Source: Macrostomum hystrix
Lineage: Eukaryota > Animalia > Platyhelminthes
Assembly: GCA_950097015.1 (NCBI GenBank)
Contig: CATNEN010000003.1
Coordinates: forward strand, 13,144,001 to 13,208,000
Length of the DNA stretch: 64,000 nt
Direction of reading: 5' to 3'
How positions within the stretch are numbered: position 1 is the stretch's first letter; every line of letters begins with the position of its first letter. The translations under genes and the position numbers were made by a program. Below the pieces are notes generated by a model. It had not been told where the DNA came from. It saw only the letters and a program-made list of their open reading frames with translations, and searched no databases. Shown here one piece after another: positions 1 to 11,962 of this stretch.

Positions 1-249
1 TATTTTTTATTACTTTCAGTTCATTGAATAATACTTAACTAGTAAAACGACTGCATTTGAAATGTGTAACTCGTTAGAGCCATATTTTTTCTAACTTATG
101 AAACAAGCGCTAATTTTTAATCCAACATTCATTAATTAACTATGACGGTTTGAAATTTTATGAAAAATTGCCCACTTTCGAAAAAAACTTTACCTTCTAT
201 CAAGACTTTTGCTCGTTATTATTTTCCTGTGCCCTTTTAGCTGTACTTC

Positions 250-1400
250 TACACCTCTCTACCCTACCTGTCCCTTCTCTACCCTACCTGTCCCCTATCT
301 ACCCTACCTGTCTCTTCTCTACCCTACCTGTCCCCTATCTACCCTACCTGTCTCCTCTCTACCCTACCTGTCTCCTCTCTACCCTACCTGTCTCCTCTCT
401 ACCCTACCTGTCCCCTATATACCCTACCTATCTCCTCTCTACCCTACCTGTCCCTTCTCTACCCTACCTGTCTCTTCTCTACCCTACCTGTCTCCTCTCT
501 ACCCTACCTGTCTCCTCTCTACCCTAACTGTCCCCTATCTACCCTACCTGTCTCCTCTCTACCCTACCTGTCTCCTCTCTACCCTACCTGTCCCCTATAT
601 ACCCTACCTATCTCCTCTCTACCCTACCTGTCCCTTCTCTACCCTACCTGTCCCCTATATACCCTACCTGTCTCTTCTCTACCCTACCTGTCCCCTATCT
701 ACCCTACCTGTCTCTTCTCTACCCTACCTGTCTCCTCTCTACCCTACCTGTCTCCTCTCTACCCTACCTGTCTCCTTTCTACCCTACCTGTCTCCTCTCT
801 ACCCTACCTGTCTCCTCTCTACCCTACCTGTCCCTTCTCTACCCTACCTGTCCCCTATATACCCTACCTGTCTCTTCTCTACCCTACCTGTCCCTTCTCT
901 ACCCTACCTGTCCCCTATCTACCCTACCTGTCCCCTATCTACCCTACCTGTCTCTTCTCTACCCTACCTGTCTCCTCTCTACCCTACCTGTCTCCTCTCT
1001 ACCCTACCTGTCTCCTCTCTACCCTACCTGTCTCCTCTCTACCCTACCTGCCTCCTCTCTACCCTACCTGTCCCCTATATACCCTACCTGTCCCTTCTCT
1101 ACCCTACCTGTCTCCTCTCTACCCTACCTGTCTCCTCTCTACCCTACCTGTCTCCTCTCTACCCTACCTGTCTCCTCTCTACCCTACCTGTCTCCTCTCT
1201 ACCTTACCTGTCTCCTCTCTACCATACCTGTCTCCTCTCTACCCTACCTGTCTCCTCTCTACCCTACCTGTCTCCTCTCTACCATACCTGTCTCCTCTCT
1301 ACCCTACCTGTCTCCTCTCTACCTTACCTGTCTCCTCTCTACCATACCTGTCTCCTCTCTACCCTACCTGTCTCCTCTCTACTCCACCTGTCTACCCTTT
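250..1400. repeat. 20-bp minisatellite (ACCCTACCTGTCTCCTCTCT)n
   Basis: Directly visible tandem array with 20-bp period; explains ORFs 150..527 and 209..1531. Confidence 0.97.
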
Positions 1401-1571
1401 ACTACACCAGTCTACCCTTTAACCCACCTGTCTACTCTCTGCTCTACCTGCCTTTCCTATGTCTTGCCTACCAAGACCGAGTGCTAAAATTGATTAATAT
1501 TTTCAGATTTTCCCTATCAAACGGTTTATAATTTAGATAAAATTAAATAAAATTAAAAAAAATTCGTGTAA

Positions 1572-4500
1572 ATGGATCGAGTGCTTCAGCACTTACCAGA
1601 TTGTCAAATTCAATTCGTCTCCGATGTCGCTAATAGAAATGGCGTTGAATATGACGACGAGGCGAACAATTTTCTATTGGGCCAGCAAAATGCTGAGCAA
1701 TTGGAATTCGTTCGCTTGTGCGCCAATCGGCACACCGTTGTACAACGCGTCGAAGCTCTGATTAAACGTCGTGGCGGCGCCGCGGCTCGAGTCCTACTAG
1801 ATGACCTGCAGGTGACTCTACCTTTTTGTCCATGTTTTTTTTATCCTACGTTTAACAATTGTTTTCTATGCACTAACATACCTAAGCCCTTCCTGCCTTT
1901 AATCTCTATATCTACCATATATACCGTTATCTACTCTTTTAAAATTATCTACCCTTTCTACCTATCTACCCTGTCTACCTTATCTACCCTGTCTACCTTA
2001 TCTACCCTGTCTACCTTATCTACCCTGTCTACCTTATCTACCCTGTCTATCTTATCTACCCTGTCTACCTTATCTACCCTGTCTACCTTATCTACCCTGT
2101 CTACCTTATCTACCTTATCTACCCTGTCTACCTTATGTACCCTGCTACCTTATCCACTCTGTCTGCTTTATCTTCCCTGTCTACACTATCTACCCTGTCT
2201 ACTTTATCTACCATGTCTACTTTATCTACCATTTCTACTTTATCTACCCTGTATACTTTATCTACCATGTCTTCTTTATCTACCCTGTCTACTTGCTTTT
2301 CAGGCAATCTATTATTCTGCCCTGTTTATTCTTTCAGGCTGCTCAAGAATCTGAACGCCTGCTCTACGCCATGTTGACGCCAGCCGAGCTAATCTCTAGC
2401 GGTACCGGTTCAACTGCTACCGGCTCCGGCCCAGTCGATGTGGTGTCAGATTTCGGCCTACCAGTATCTCTAATGCGTTGCCTATTGGAGGTTGGACAAT
2501 TGCAAGCTGAATTAGCCGCTAACCTGGCCGAACTGCTGGTGTCCATTGATAAAGGCGATTATCCTGTTAAACTGCAGGTTTGTTTGCTAATGGGGCCATT
2601 CTATTAATATATTGCTCGTGCCAGCACATCCGTTCAGTCCATGGACTGGGATTGGCCACCACATTCGCTCAAATTTGCACCCCAGATAATTTCTGTATTA
2701 ATTTTGTTGCTGGGTGAACTAAAGCACCAGGTAATTAAGTGTCTTCGACCATGGACACAAATTGCTTCGCTTGGGCTGAGAATCGAACTCGCGACCTCAT
2801 TGATATGTTTTCAGTCTATGTCTCTGCCTGCATGTTTCTGCCTACCTGTCTCTGCCTACCTGTCTCTGCCTACCTGTCTCTCCCTACCTGTCTTTGCCTA
2901 CCTGTCTTTGCCTACCTGTCTCTGCCTACCTGTCTCTGCCTACCTGTCTCTGCCTACCTGTCTCTGCCTACCTGTCTTTGCCTACCTGTCTCTGCCTATC
3001 TGTCTCTCCCTACCTGTATCTCCCAAATTGCTTCGCTTGGGCTGAGAATCGAACCCGCGACCTCATTGATATGTTTTCAGTCTATGTGTCTCTCCCTACC
3101 TGTCTCTCCTTACCTGTCTTTGCCTAACTGTCTCTTCCTAACTGTCTCTCCCTACCTGCCTCTCTCTTACCTGTCTCAATATACCTGTCTTCGCCCTTTA
3201 CCCGCCATTTTTTAACTGCCACGCTGACCGCTACAAACTGAAGCAAAGAAATACAAAATCTCCCTTCTCATTCCTCCCTTAATCCCAAAAATCCACAGGT
3301 AAACTACACCAAGCTTATCCTTAGCCAGTTTCGTTATCTGCCTCTAGCTGAAGAATCTACCAATCAGATGGAATCGATTCTATTTGACATTATTGAGGCC
3401 GCTTCCCTGGACGCTAAACGCGACGTTGTAGCTCTACTACCGGAATTATTCACTCATGCCACCGATAGCCTCTGTCAGAAGTTGAGAAGCCTCCTGGTTA
3501 CCGCCTCCGAGCTTGACGATAGCAACGAAGCGCCTCCACTGACGCCAGCCATATTCGACTGTTTAACATTGCTGCCATTGTCCGAGTCTCAACTAACAGG
3601 ATTTCGTAATGTAGCCCTGCAACTATTGGCTTCGGCTAGGAATAGCCTAGCGATACCTGTCCTGCTACGATTCCTATTGGATAATCCGCCGCCAGATAGC
3701 CTTGGCGCCGTTGATTTTCTTTTAAAAATTCGCGACCGATTGGATATGCTAGCTGTGCCTTCTGAACAGCAGCAGCTTCAGCAGCAGCAGCAGCAGCAGC
3801 AGCAGAATAAGCAACCAAAATGGATGACTAGTACGCAACAAGGAGGGTGAGTGGCAGAGCAATTAACGCGTTTCGCCTCACGCACCAAGGTGCTTAAGCT
3901 CGATACCGCGGTGAGGACTTATTAATTTGCGACGCAGCCGCGTAGAGACGGCCAACGGCCAACCTCCAAAGCCTGACGATGAGAAAGTCACGGCAAATGT
4001 ACACACCCATGTATGAGTGTATGCCTGCGTACAGTATATGTGTATAATTGGCAGAATTGCCTCCTCGCTGGCTGCGGGTCTAGTGTCATTAAATGATGTG
4101 CCATTACCCGCAGCCCTCCTGCAATTATAATAATTATTTTCTATATATTCAGCTCGCAATATCCTGGCGACATGGGCGCCGGCAGCCTAGGCGGATATAG
4201 CTTCAATGTCAGCTGTATTCCACCGATGTCATCCGGCTTCTTGCCAACAGATTGCAGCCCTGTTGCTGCTGCTGCTGCTGCTGCTAGTGCTGGCAATTCT
4301 GAGACTGCGGAAACTCTGCTGTGCGAATTGATTCTAAGAAAATTGTCGGCAAGGTAGGATTATGTTTGTGATTGATTAGGGTGTTTTTACCATAGACACC
4401 AAATTGTGTCCGTGATTGAAACTGTGGTTTTACCATAGACACCAAATGTTGGTTAGTATAAATTAGGGTGCAAATATATATTTTCTTAGATATGGGTGTT

Positions 4501-7500
4501 TTCACCATAGACACTAGCATTGTTTTTCTGTGTCCTTTCCAGCCTTCAACTAGCCGATCACTGGCTACAGGCCATAGAGTCAATCAATACAAAAGAACAG
4601 CAACGGCAGCAGGAGCAGCAGCAACAGCAGCAGCGAGTTGCAGATAGTTTGCATTTAGTTGACCTTTTGGTACTCACTGCCGCCTATGCAGCGGCGCGTC
4701 GTACTGGAGGCGGTGGTGGCGGCGTCGGCGGCGGCGGAAGAACAGCTCCGCGCAATTCTCGCCGTCGCCGCGTCGCCGTTCTCCGTCTAACCCGATCGCT
4801 GATTGGCTCCGGTCATCTGCCTGAGAATTGCGGCGCCAATTTAAGAATCCATCACCAGTCTCTAGCTAGAAATATGGCCGAACAGCTTGTTGACTTACTG
4901 GACGGTTTAGCTGTTCCGGAATCTTCAAATGGCATCGAAGATGTCGGACAGCGATGGTCTAGATCGGTTAGCGCTGATTTATTCGGCTGCATTGGCGCCC
5001 ACTGGCAGCAGACAATGGTTGGTTCGCTATTGAGTAGGCTTGGCACTGAGCCAAATCACTCCCTACAATGCCTAGTAGACATTGCCGATATGTGGCCTAC
5101 AGAATTAGCTAACTTTGCCGCTTTGCTGAGAGCAGCTCTGGATGTGCTGCACCAGTTGACCCCTAGCCAGGCTAGGCTATTGTATTCCACCCTGGCTAGG
5201 CTGGCCTATCGAGGCCAAGGCGGCGGTAGGCAAGCACTGCAGGACGATCTGTGCATTCTGGTGCGAAAACAGCTCTGGCATAGTCGGCCTATGTATCAGG
5301 TGAGGGATTTGCAGCAACTCTTGTGCCGTACTGAAGGATTAGGAATTTAGGGCCAATTAATTAGTTTATTAATCAAGTACTGTAGTAAAAAAATCTTGAA
5401 TTACTGATAACCTGTGCCGGGATAGAATGATGGACTGGAGATACAAGGATTATTGGATTAGTGATGGACTGGGGATAGAAGGATTATTGGATTACTGATG
5501 GACTGGGGATAGAAGGATTATTGGATTACTGGTGGACTGGAGATACAAGGATTGTTGGATTAGTGATGGGCTGGGGATAGAAGGATTATTGGATTACTGA
5601 TGGACTGGGGATAGAAGGATTATTGGATTACTGATGGACTGGGGATAGAAGGATTATTGGATTACTGATGGACTGGGGATAGAAGGATTATTGGATTACT
5701 GATGGACTGGGGATAGAAGGATTATTGGATTACTGGTGGACTGGGGATAGAAGGATTATTGGATTACTGATGGACTGGGGATAGAAGGATTATTGGATTA
5801 CTGGTGGACTGGGGATAGAAGGATTATTGGATTACTGATGGACTGGAAATAGAAGGATTATTGGATTAGTGATGGACTGGGGATAGAAGGATTATTGGAT
5901 TAGTGATGGACTGGGGATATAAGGATTATTGGATTAGTGATGGACTGGGGATAGAAGGATTATTGGATTACTGATGGACTGGAGATAGAAGGATTATTGG
6001 ATTACTGGTGGACTGGGGATAGAAGGATTATTGGATTACTGATGGACTGGGGATAGAAGGATTATTGGATTACTGATGGACTGGGGATAGAAGGATTATT
6101 GGATTACTGATGGACTGGGGATAGAAGGATTATTGGATTACTGATGGACTGGGGATAGAAGGATTATTGGATTACTGATGGACTGGGGAAAGAAGGATTA
6201 TTGGATTACTGATGGACTGGGGATAGAAGGATTATTGGATTACTGGTGGACTGGGGATAGAAGGATTATTGGATTACTGATGGACTGGGGATAGAAGGAT
6301 TATTGGATTACTGATGGACTGGGGATAGAAGGATTATTGGATTACTGATGGACTGGGGATAGAAGGATTATTGGATTACTGATGGACTGGGGATAGAAGG
6401 ATTATTGGATTACTGGTGGACTTGGGATACAAGGATTATTGGATTACTGATGGACTGGGGATAGAAGGATTATTGGATTACTGATGGACTGGGGATAGAA
6501 GGATTTTTGGATTACTGATGGACTGGGGATAGAAGGATTATTGGATTACTGGTGGACTTGGGATACAAGGATTATTGGATTACTGATGGACTGGGGATAG
6601 AAGGATTATTGGATTACTGGTGGACTGGGGATAGAAGGATTATTGGATTACTGATGGACTGGGGATACAAGGATTATTGGATTACTGATGGACTGGAGAT
6701 ACAAGGATTATTGGATTACTGATGGACTGGGGATAGAAGGATTATTGGATTAGTGATGGACTGGGGATAGAAGGATTATTGGATTAGTGATGGACTGGGG
6801 ATATAAGGATTATTGGATTAGTGATGGACTGGGGATAGAAGGATTATTGGATTACTGATGGACTGGGGATAGAAGGATTATTGGATTACTGATGGACTGG
6901 GGATAGAAGGATTATTGGTTTACTGATGGACTGGAGATACAAGGATTATTGGATTACTGATGGACTGGGGATAGAGGGATTAATAATGGACTGGTTGTAG
7001 CCTTGTGGTTAGAGCGTCCGACTCACGACCTAAAGGTCGGGGGTTCGATTCGCGACTCCACCAGAACAATGTGTCATTTAGTAAGGCACTTCAACTCTGC
7101 ATTGCTTGAGTTCGGCCAGCTATTAAATGGGTACAAGTATTAGCTGGGATAATTGAAGGTGGGTGTGGCGTCCCCACAGTCCATGGACTGAAAAGTTGTA
7201 CGCAGCCTTCAGATGCGCCGCGCAATAGCTACGCCTGTGCTGTCGGCTGCACAAGTGTCCTTATTGGTGCAGCTGTAATCAATTATTATATTATTATTGT
7301 TATAATGGATGGGATTATTGTGACGTGATTATTGGATTACTGATGTACAGTTATAAAAGTACATGTTGCTATAACGTACCCTCATGCCATTTGCAGTCGT
7401 ACGGAGTCCTTGGCGCCCTGGCCATGCTGCAGTGCATCACTCCATCCGATCAGGTGCAGCAGCGCCACCTGCTGCTATCCCAACAGTTGCAACCGTTCTC

Positions 7501-10500
7501 CCAGCAGCAAAGCTTCAACCGGAACGAAACCGAAGAAGTGAAAAGCGCCGTCAGTTTAGTTAATCTGGTTCGCAAGGCCTGCACTCAGGCGCCTCACGTG
7601 TCGCTGCTGTTCCTAGACGAACTGGCGGGCCTATTGGAATCCGGCCGATTGCACGCCAAAGTTTCTGCCTGGCTAGCCGAAATTGCCAAGAAAGATTTCT
7701 TTGATAGTTACACGGCTTCCACCGCGGCCGAAACTAAACTAGAGGAGGCTATTGGGGAAGATTCTAGGCAGCCTAGGATGGGCCTGGGACAGTCTAGCGC
7801 GCAGATGGCTGTGGCCATAGACAGTGTGCCAACTAGACGCCTGCCCTGTCTGGCTGCTCACCTGCGTCTATTGTCGGCCTGCGTGCCGTTGCGCGGCATT
7901 GCCGGCCTGGCGCTCTGTCCTCTAATGATGCCTCATCCGGCATTGTGCAGTCCGCCTGTACTACTAGCCGCTGCCAACTGGTGCACTCAGGTATTCACAG
8001 GCTTCACTGTTGGCCTGTTCAGCCATTCTAGCAGGCAACAGGTGTCTCAACAGATCACCTGTTCACAAGATCACCTGTTCACACTATCACCTGTTCACAA
8101 TATCACCTGTTCACAAGATTACCTGCTCACAGGATCACATGTTCACAAGATCACCTGTTCACAAGATCACCTATTCACTTATTCACAAGGTTACTCAGAA
8201 TTTCACATCAAAGCTTCTTGAAAAAGCGTTTCTCACAAGACGATCTCTCCCCAACTGTTTAGATCGCCAATTCATTTGCCAGCTCGGCAGACTTTGAATC
8301 AGTCGTCCTAGATCGTCTGCGTCGTAGCGTTGAGCTGCACGCCGACTTTGTCTCGGCCCTTGGCGGCTGCGGCTCTAGCGGCGTCAGGAACTGTTGGGAA
8401 CAGCCAATTCCCCTGGCCCAACTCGATGGCACTGCTGTCACCCATGTCACCCTTCGCTGGCAGACCCAACCATCGTCTAGTTCAGCTGCTAAGCGTCGAA
8501 AGCTTTCAGCTAAGACTTCGACATCGAAGAAGCGGAGACGGCAGAATCCGGACGATGACAATATCGACAACGACGATAATCACTCCTTGGACGACGATCA
8601 CAACGACAACGAAGAAATCGGAATCGGCTACTTCGACGCCAATGATTCTGTGGCTGCCGCTGCTGCCGCCGCTGTGACGGCTGTTGTTGAAGACTTGGCC
8701 ACAATGGGCGAACAGAAACGCGAGCGACAGCGTGTTGGCAACACGGCATCCGCAGCTGTTAGCAACAAGCTGGTCAATTTGGACCAGCTTGGACCTTGCT
8801 ATCGCCGACTAGCTGACAATGTCTTCCAGTTAATGAATAAATGGACGGACGAACAGGTGAATTGATATTGATACATGGTCGGTGGCAGAGCAGTTAACGC
8901 GTTAGCCTCGCGCACCAAGGTCCCTAAGCTCGATTCCGCGGCGAGACCACGTTTAATTGGGGGTGCAGCCGCGGAGAGAAGGCTTGGGGGCTTGTCATGC
9001 ATTTTACGCCGTTGTGGGCGAACCTTCAAGGCACAGTGAGATGTACACTGCCTGACGATGAGAAAGTCAGGGCAGATGTACACACCTGTGTGAGTGTATG
9101 CCTGCGTACAGTATCTGTGTGCGTGTGTGCTCAGGAGTCAGCGAAATGGGCAGAATTGCCTCCTCGCTGGCTGCGGGTCTAGTGTCACTAAATGATGTGC
9201 CATTGCCCGCAGCCCTCCTGCAATTATTATTATTAACTTACTTTGTTTTAGATAAAAGGCAGAAATCAAATTCGATTTTTTTTACAAAATTCACTTGGTG
9301 TGAATTTAATTTTAACTTCGCGCACATTCAAATGTTACTCGGCGCGAGTTCAAATTTTAGTTGGCGCGAATTCAAACTTAACACAACTCGAATTCAAAAT
9401 TTGTCCTTTGCACAGATGGGCGAACCACTCATTCTGCACCTGTTGGAAGATCTTCAGCGTCGCTCTTTGACTCTTATTCTAACGGATTCTCGCGACTTCA
9501 ACTTCCTCGGTCATCATCGACCGGCTGGCAAATTTGGCTCCAAAAAGACTTCGCCTTCGTCGTTTAACGAGGAGACGGTAGTCGCATTTCTGAGCACAAT
9601 CAGCCAGTTGAGCACTCGCCTGGTAGGCCTACTATTCAAAGCTGCCGAGCCTCACCAGCCGGCTGTGGAGAAGACAACAAACAACAACAAGTCTGGCGCA
9701 GTGACAGCCGCGGATAATAATGACGACCAATCCAAGGACGTCATCGATGATGCCGAAGCCGATGTGTCTTCAAAAAGTGTTCTCGACAGCAGCTGCAGCG
9801 GTCGAATTGTCCAACTGACAATGAGCATTCTTAGTCTCGCTGTTTGTAAATTGTCCACCCATGATAAATTTAAACGTCTCCTACAGTCGGTCTTAGTGGC
9901 ATTGGCTGAGAAGCATCCGTCAGGCGAGGCTTCCCTAGCAACCGTTGCTAACCAAGCGGCGGCTTGCGTTGGACGCCTAATACCAACGGCTTGTCCAACT
10001 TTGGAGACTGCGTTGGATGCCTTAGCCCTGTGCCGTTGCATCCTGGGCGCACCCCATTCTGACATCCTGGCCTGGAGTGCAGACGTCCTAGCTCATCGTT
10101 GGGATGTCAAGAAGCGTGATCACCTAGCCAAAGTTTATCGGCTGCACGTGGAAGCCGCTGGGTACGATAAATATAGGGAGAATTACAGACCGATATGTAT
10201 CGAAAATCAAAAAAAGTTTTTTTCTTATTTTCTATTTACACTACTTACAGTAAAATGTATAGCAATTGAATATATGCACAAAGTTATTATCTATATTTTC
10301 AGTCCAAACAAGTGTCCCGCCCTGATTGGTCGCCTGTTGACCAATCACATTAAGCCTGTGGCAGCTGGTGTATCAGCTTCTGTCGAATCTGCCGACGACC
10401 CGGACGCAGTTTGTCCGAGTCTGACGCGGGTCAGCCTGCCAGACGCTTTTGCTCAGCTATTCGGCGATCTGGCCCGGCACTGCCAAGCCAACTGCGGCCT

Positions 10501-11553
10501 GCAGCAACAGAATGGCGTTGGCAGCAATGACGTCAGCATTAGTGACGAGTCCGATCAGCAATTGCTGATGCGGTCCTGGCCGGAGAGTCTAGCCGCTTTG
10601 CACGCCGCGTTGGAAGTCCTGCGGGCTTGGCCAGATTGTGTACGAATGCAGGTAAGTTAATTCAGTCCGATATGTATCGAAAGCTCTTAACGATTTCTTT
10701 GAAGTGAGACTTTAAGAGACTTTCACGGTGACGCTACTTTAAAAAAGCCGAATACTTCTATAATATGGAACTTTTTGCTATAAGTAAAAATGGCCCATGC
10801 AATGAAAACTTTAATCCGATATGTAGCGAAAAAGTTATAAAACACATTGTTCTACACACTTTGTTTTGTTAAAAAGCTATTTGGATATTTTGCTCGGCAA
10901 AAAATTGTTTAAAGTTTTGGGATATTTGTTTTATTAACGTAGATATTCGATACATTTTTAGTGCGGTTGATATTTTCATTTTTTATTTACCTTGAAATAA
11001 ATTAATGCGTCGGAAATTATACATTTGTTCTTATAGCCGATATGTATCGAAAAATTGGAAAGTGAAAAATTATTTTATCCGTTCCCAGGCCATATCCCTG
11101 CGCCACGGCCGCGCCTTAGTCGAAGCCTTCATTCGGCACGGCCTGCCGCTGCTCGGCCGCCAGTTTCGTCTGCGCAGCGAGCCCACTGTACGCCTATTGA
11201 AACAGTTGCAAGTGTCCACTAGGCAACTGCAAGCTGTGGCCAACACTTGCAAAGACCGCAACGATGGCCCGACTTCGGCTCTGGTTCCGCCGCTTCGCCG
11301 CACCCTGGAGGCCTTCATCTATCGGGTTCGGTCTCTGGTTGCCAGGCACAATTGCGCCGCCGCATTTGAGCCGGGCCAATTGAAATTGAAAAACATTCAA
11401 GGCGAAGAGATGGCCGAAATTCGCCAGCAGGATGAGCACGACGTGTCGTCGACGTCGGATGATGAAGACGAGGAGGAGGATGCCGACGGCGAAGGCGACT
11501 ACGGCGATAGCGACGCAGCCGCAGACGATTGCGGCAATGAGGAAGACGATTAA
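1572..11553 (+). CDS. FANCD2: Fanconi anemia group D2 protein, 10 exons, about 1577 aa
   Basis: Exons 1572-1811, 2338-2577, 3299-3846, 4153-4353, 4543-5299, 7397-7990, 8263-8856, 9416-10161, 10303-10651, 11089-11553; all GT-AG and phase-compatible, 4734 nt in total. DDLCILVRKQL matches the FANCD2 monoubiquitination motif (human DDMHLVIRK561QL; Lys codon 5267-5269). The C-terminal LQVSTRQLQ...VPPLRRTLEAFIYRV...AFEPGQLKLKNIQGEE plus acidic tail is characteristic of FANCD2. Confidence 0.92.
1960..2292. repeat. 9/18-bp minisatellite (TCTACCCTGTCTACCTTA)n in FANCD2 intron 1
   Basis: Visible tandem array. Confidence 0.92.
2615..2805 (-). mobile_element. Partial tRNA-derived SINE, family B (CORE-like)
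   Basis: The reverse complement has a B box (GAGTTCGATTCTC) followed by TGTGTCC...ACACTT...AGTTCACCCAGC and CAGTCCATGGACTG, shared with 6988-7300. Part of it is duplicated at about 3025-3085. Confidence 0.65.
2818..3190. repeat. 14-bp minisatellite (CCTACCTGTCTCTG)n in FANCD2 intron 2
   Basis: Visible tandem array. Confidence 0.92.
3846..4137 (+). mobile_element. tRNA-derived SINE, family A, filling FANCD2 intron 3
   Basis: A box TGGCAGAGCAATT, B-box-like GCTCGATACC, body CTGACGATGAGAAAGTCA, 3' hairpin and TTA-rich tail; homologous to 8877-9237 and 56630-56970. Confidence 0.85.
5428..6982. repeat. 34-bp minisatellite (GATGGACTGGGGATAGAAGGATTATTGGATTACT)n in FANCD2 intron 5
   Basis: Visible tandem array, 34-bp period. 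Confidence 0.97.
6988..7300 (+). mobile_element. Near full-length tRNA-derived SINE, family B (CORE-like central domain)
   Basis: A box TAGCCTTGTGG, B box GGTTCGATTCG, then TGTGTC...AAGGCACTT...CCAGCT..TAAATGGGTAC resembling the CORE domain, and an (ATT)n tail. Related copies at 2615-2805 (-) and 43089-43252. Confidence 0.78.
8050..8192. repeat. About 16-bp minisatellite (ATCACCTGTTCACAAG)n in FANCD2 intron 6
   Basis: Short visible array. Confidence 0.85.
8877..9237 (+). mobile_element. Full-length tRNA-derived SINE, family A
   Basis: Head GGTCGGTGGCAGAGCAGTTAACGCG...GCTCGATTCC, conserved body and (TTA)n tail; about 11 related copies or fragments in the window. Confidence 0.88.
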
Positions 11554-11576
11554 ATGTCTTTCCAAGTTTTAACTAT

Positions 11577-11962
11577 GTCGGCAAACTCCGGCCCGCGGGC
11601 CAGATGCGACCCTCGAAGGTCCCAAATCCGGCCCGTTGCCCCTTCCGACACCTTTATTGTATCCTGTCTTATCTCTCCCGTGTCTCATCTCTCCCGTGTC
11701 TTATCTCTCCCGTGTCTCATCTCTCCCTGTCTCATCTCTCCCGTGTCTTATCTCTCCCGTGTCTCATCTCTCCCGTGTCTCATCTCTCCCCAGTCCCATC
11801 TCTCCCCAGTCTCATCTCTGCCGTGCCTCATCTCTCCCCGTGTCTCATCTCTCCCCTTTCTTATCTCTCCCCTGTCTCATATTTCTTTAGCCAATGCGAC
11901 CCGCTGTCGTCTGTGAGATTCTCTCATTGGCCCGCTAGCTAATTAGTTTGCCGACCCTCTGG
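11577..11962. mobile_element. hAT/Charlie-like MITE containing a 16-bp minisatellite, just 3' of the FANCD2 stop
   Basis: TIRs GTCGGCAAACT (11577) and AGTTTGCCGAC (11945-11955); subterminal GGCCCGCGGGCC/GGCCCG motifs typical of Charlie-like elements; internal (TCTCATCTCTCCCGTG)n at about 11662-11885. Confidence 0.75.

Noticed and set aside
150-1531. Long repetitive ORFs (also 18745, 22951, 30763-31396, 42660, 43877, 57681, 62975-63915)
   Set aside because: They are translations of tandem arrays, often open in several frames or strands and mostly lying inside introns.
5428-6982. CRISPR-like appearance of the 34-35 bp arrays (also 29023-30290)
   Set aside because: Units are head-to-tail with no unique spacers, there are no cas genes, and the context is eukaryotic introns.
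6988-7065. Possible tRNA gene (also 8877-8950, 32040-32075, 55455-55530)
   Set aside because: A/B boxes are present but there is no complete cloverleaf or poly-T terminator; they continue into SINE bodies or are isolated fragments.
9045-9082. Hammerhead-like CTGACGA...GAAA..GTC in SINE family A
   Set aside because: No helix II or III can form between the core boxes; a simple hairpin explains the sequence better. An Infernal search with hammerhead models would settle it.
9157-9180. GCCTCCTCGCTGGC matches the HDV ribozyme P3/L3
   Set aside because: There is no upstream P1 partner and no GG for P1.1; the following bases pair downstream in an ordinary hairpin.
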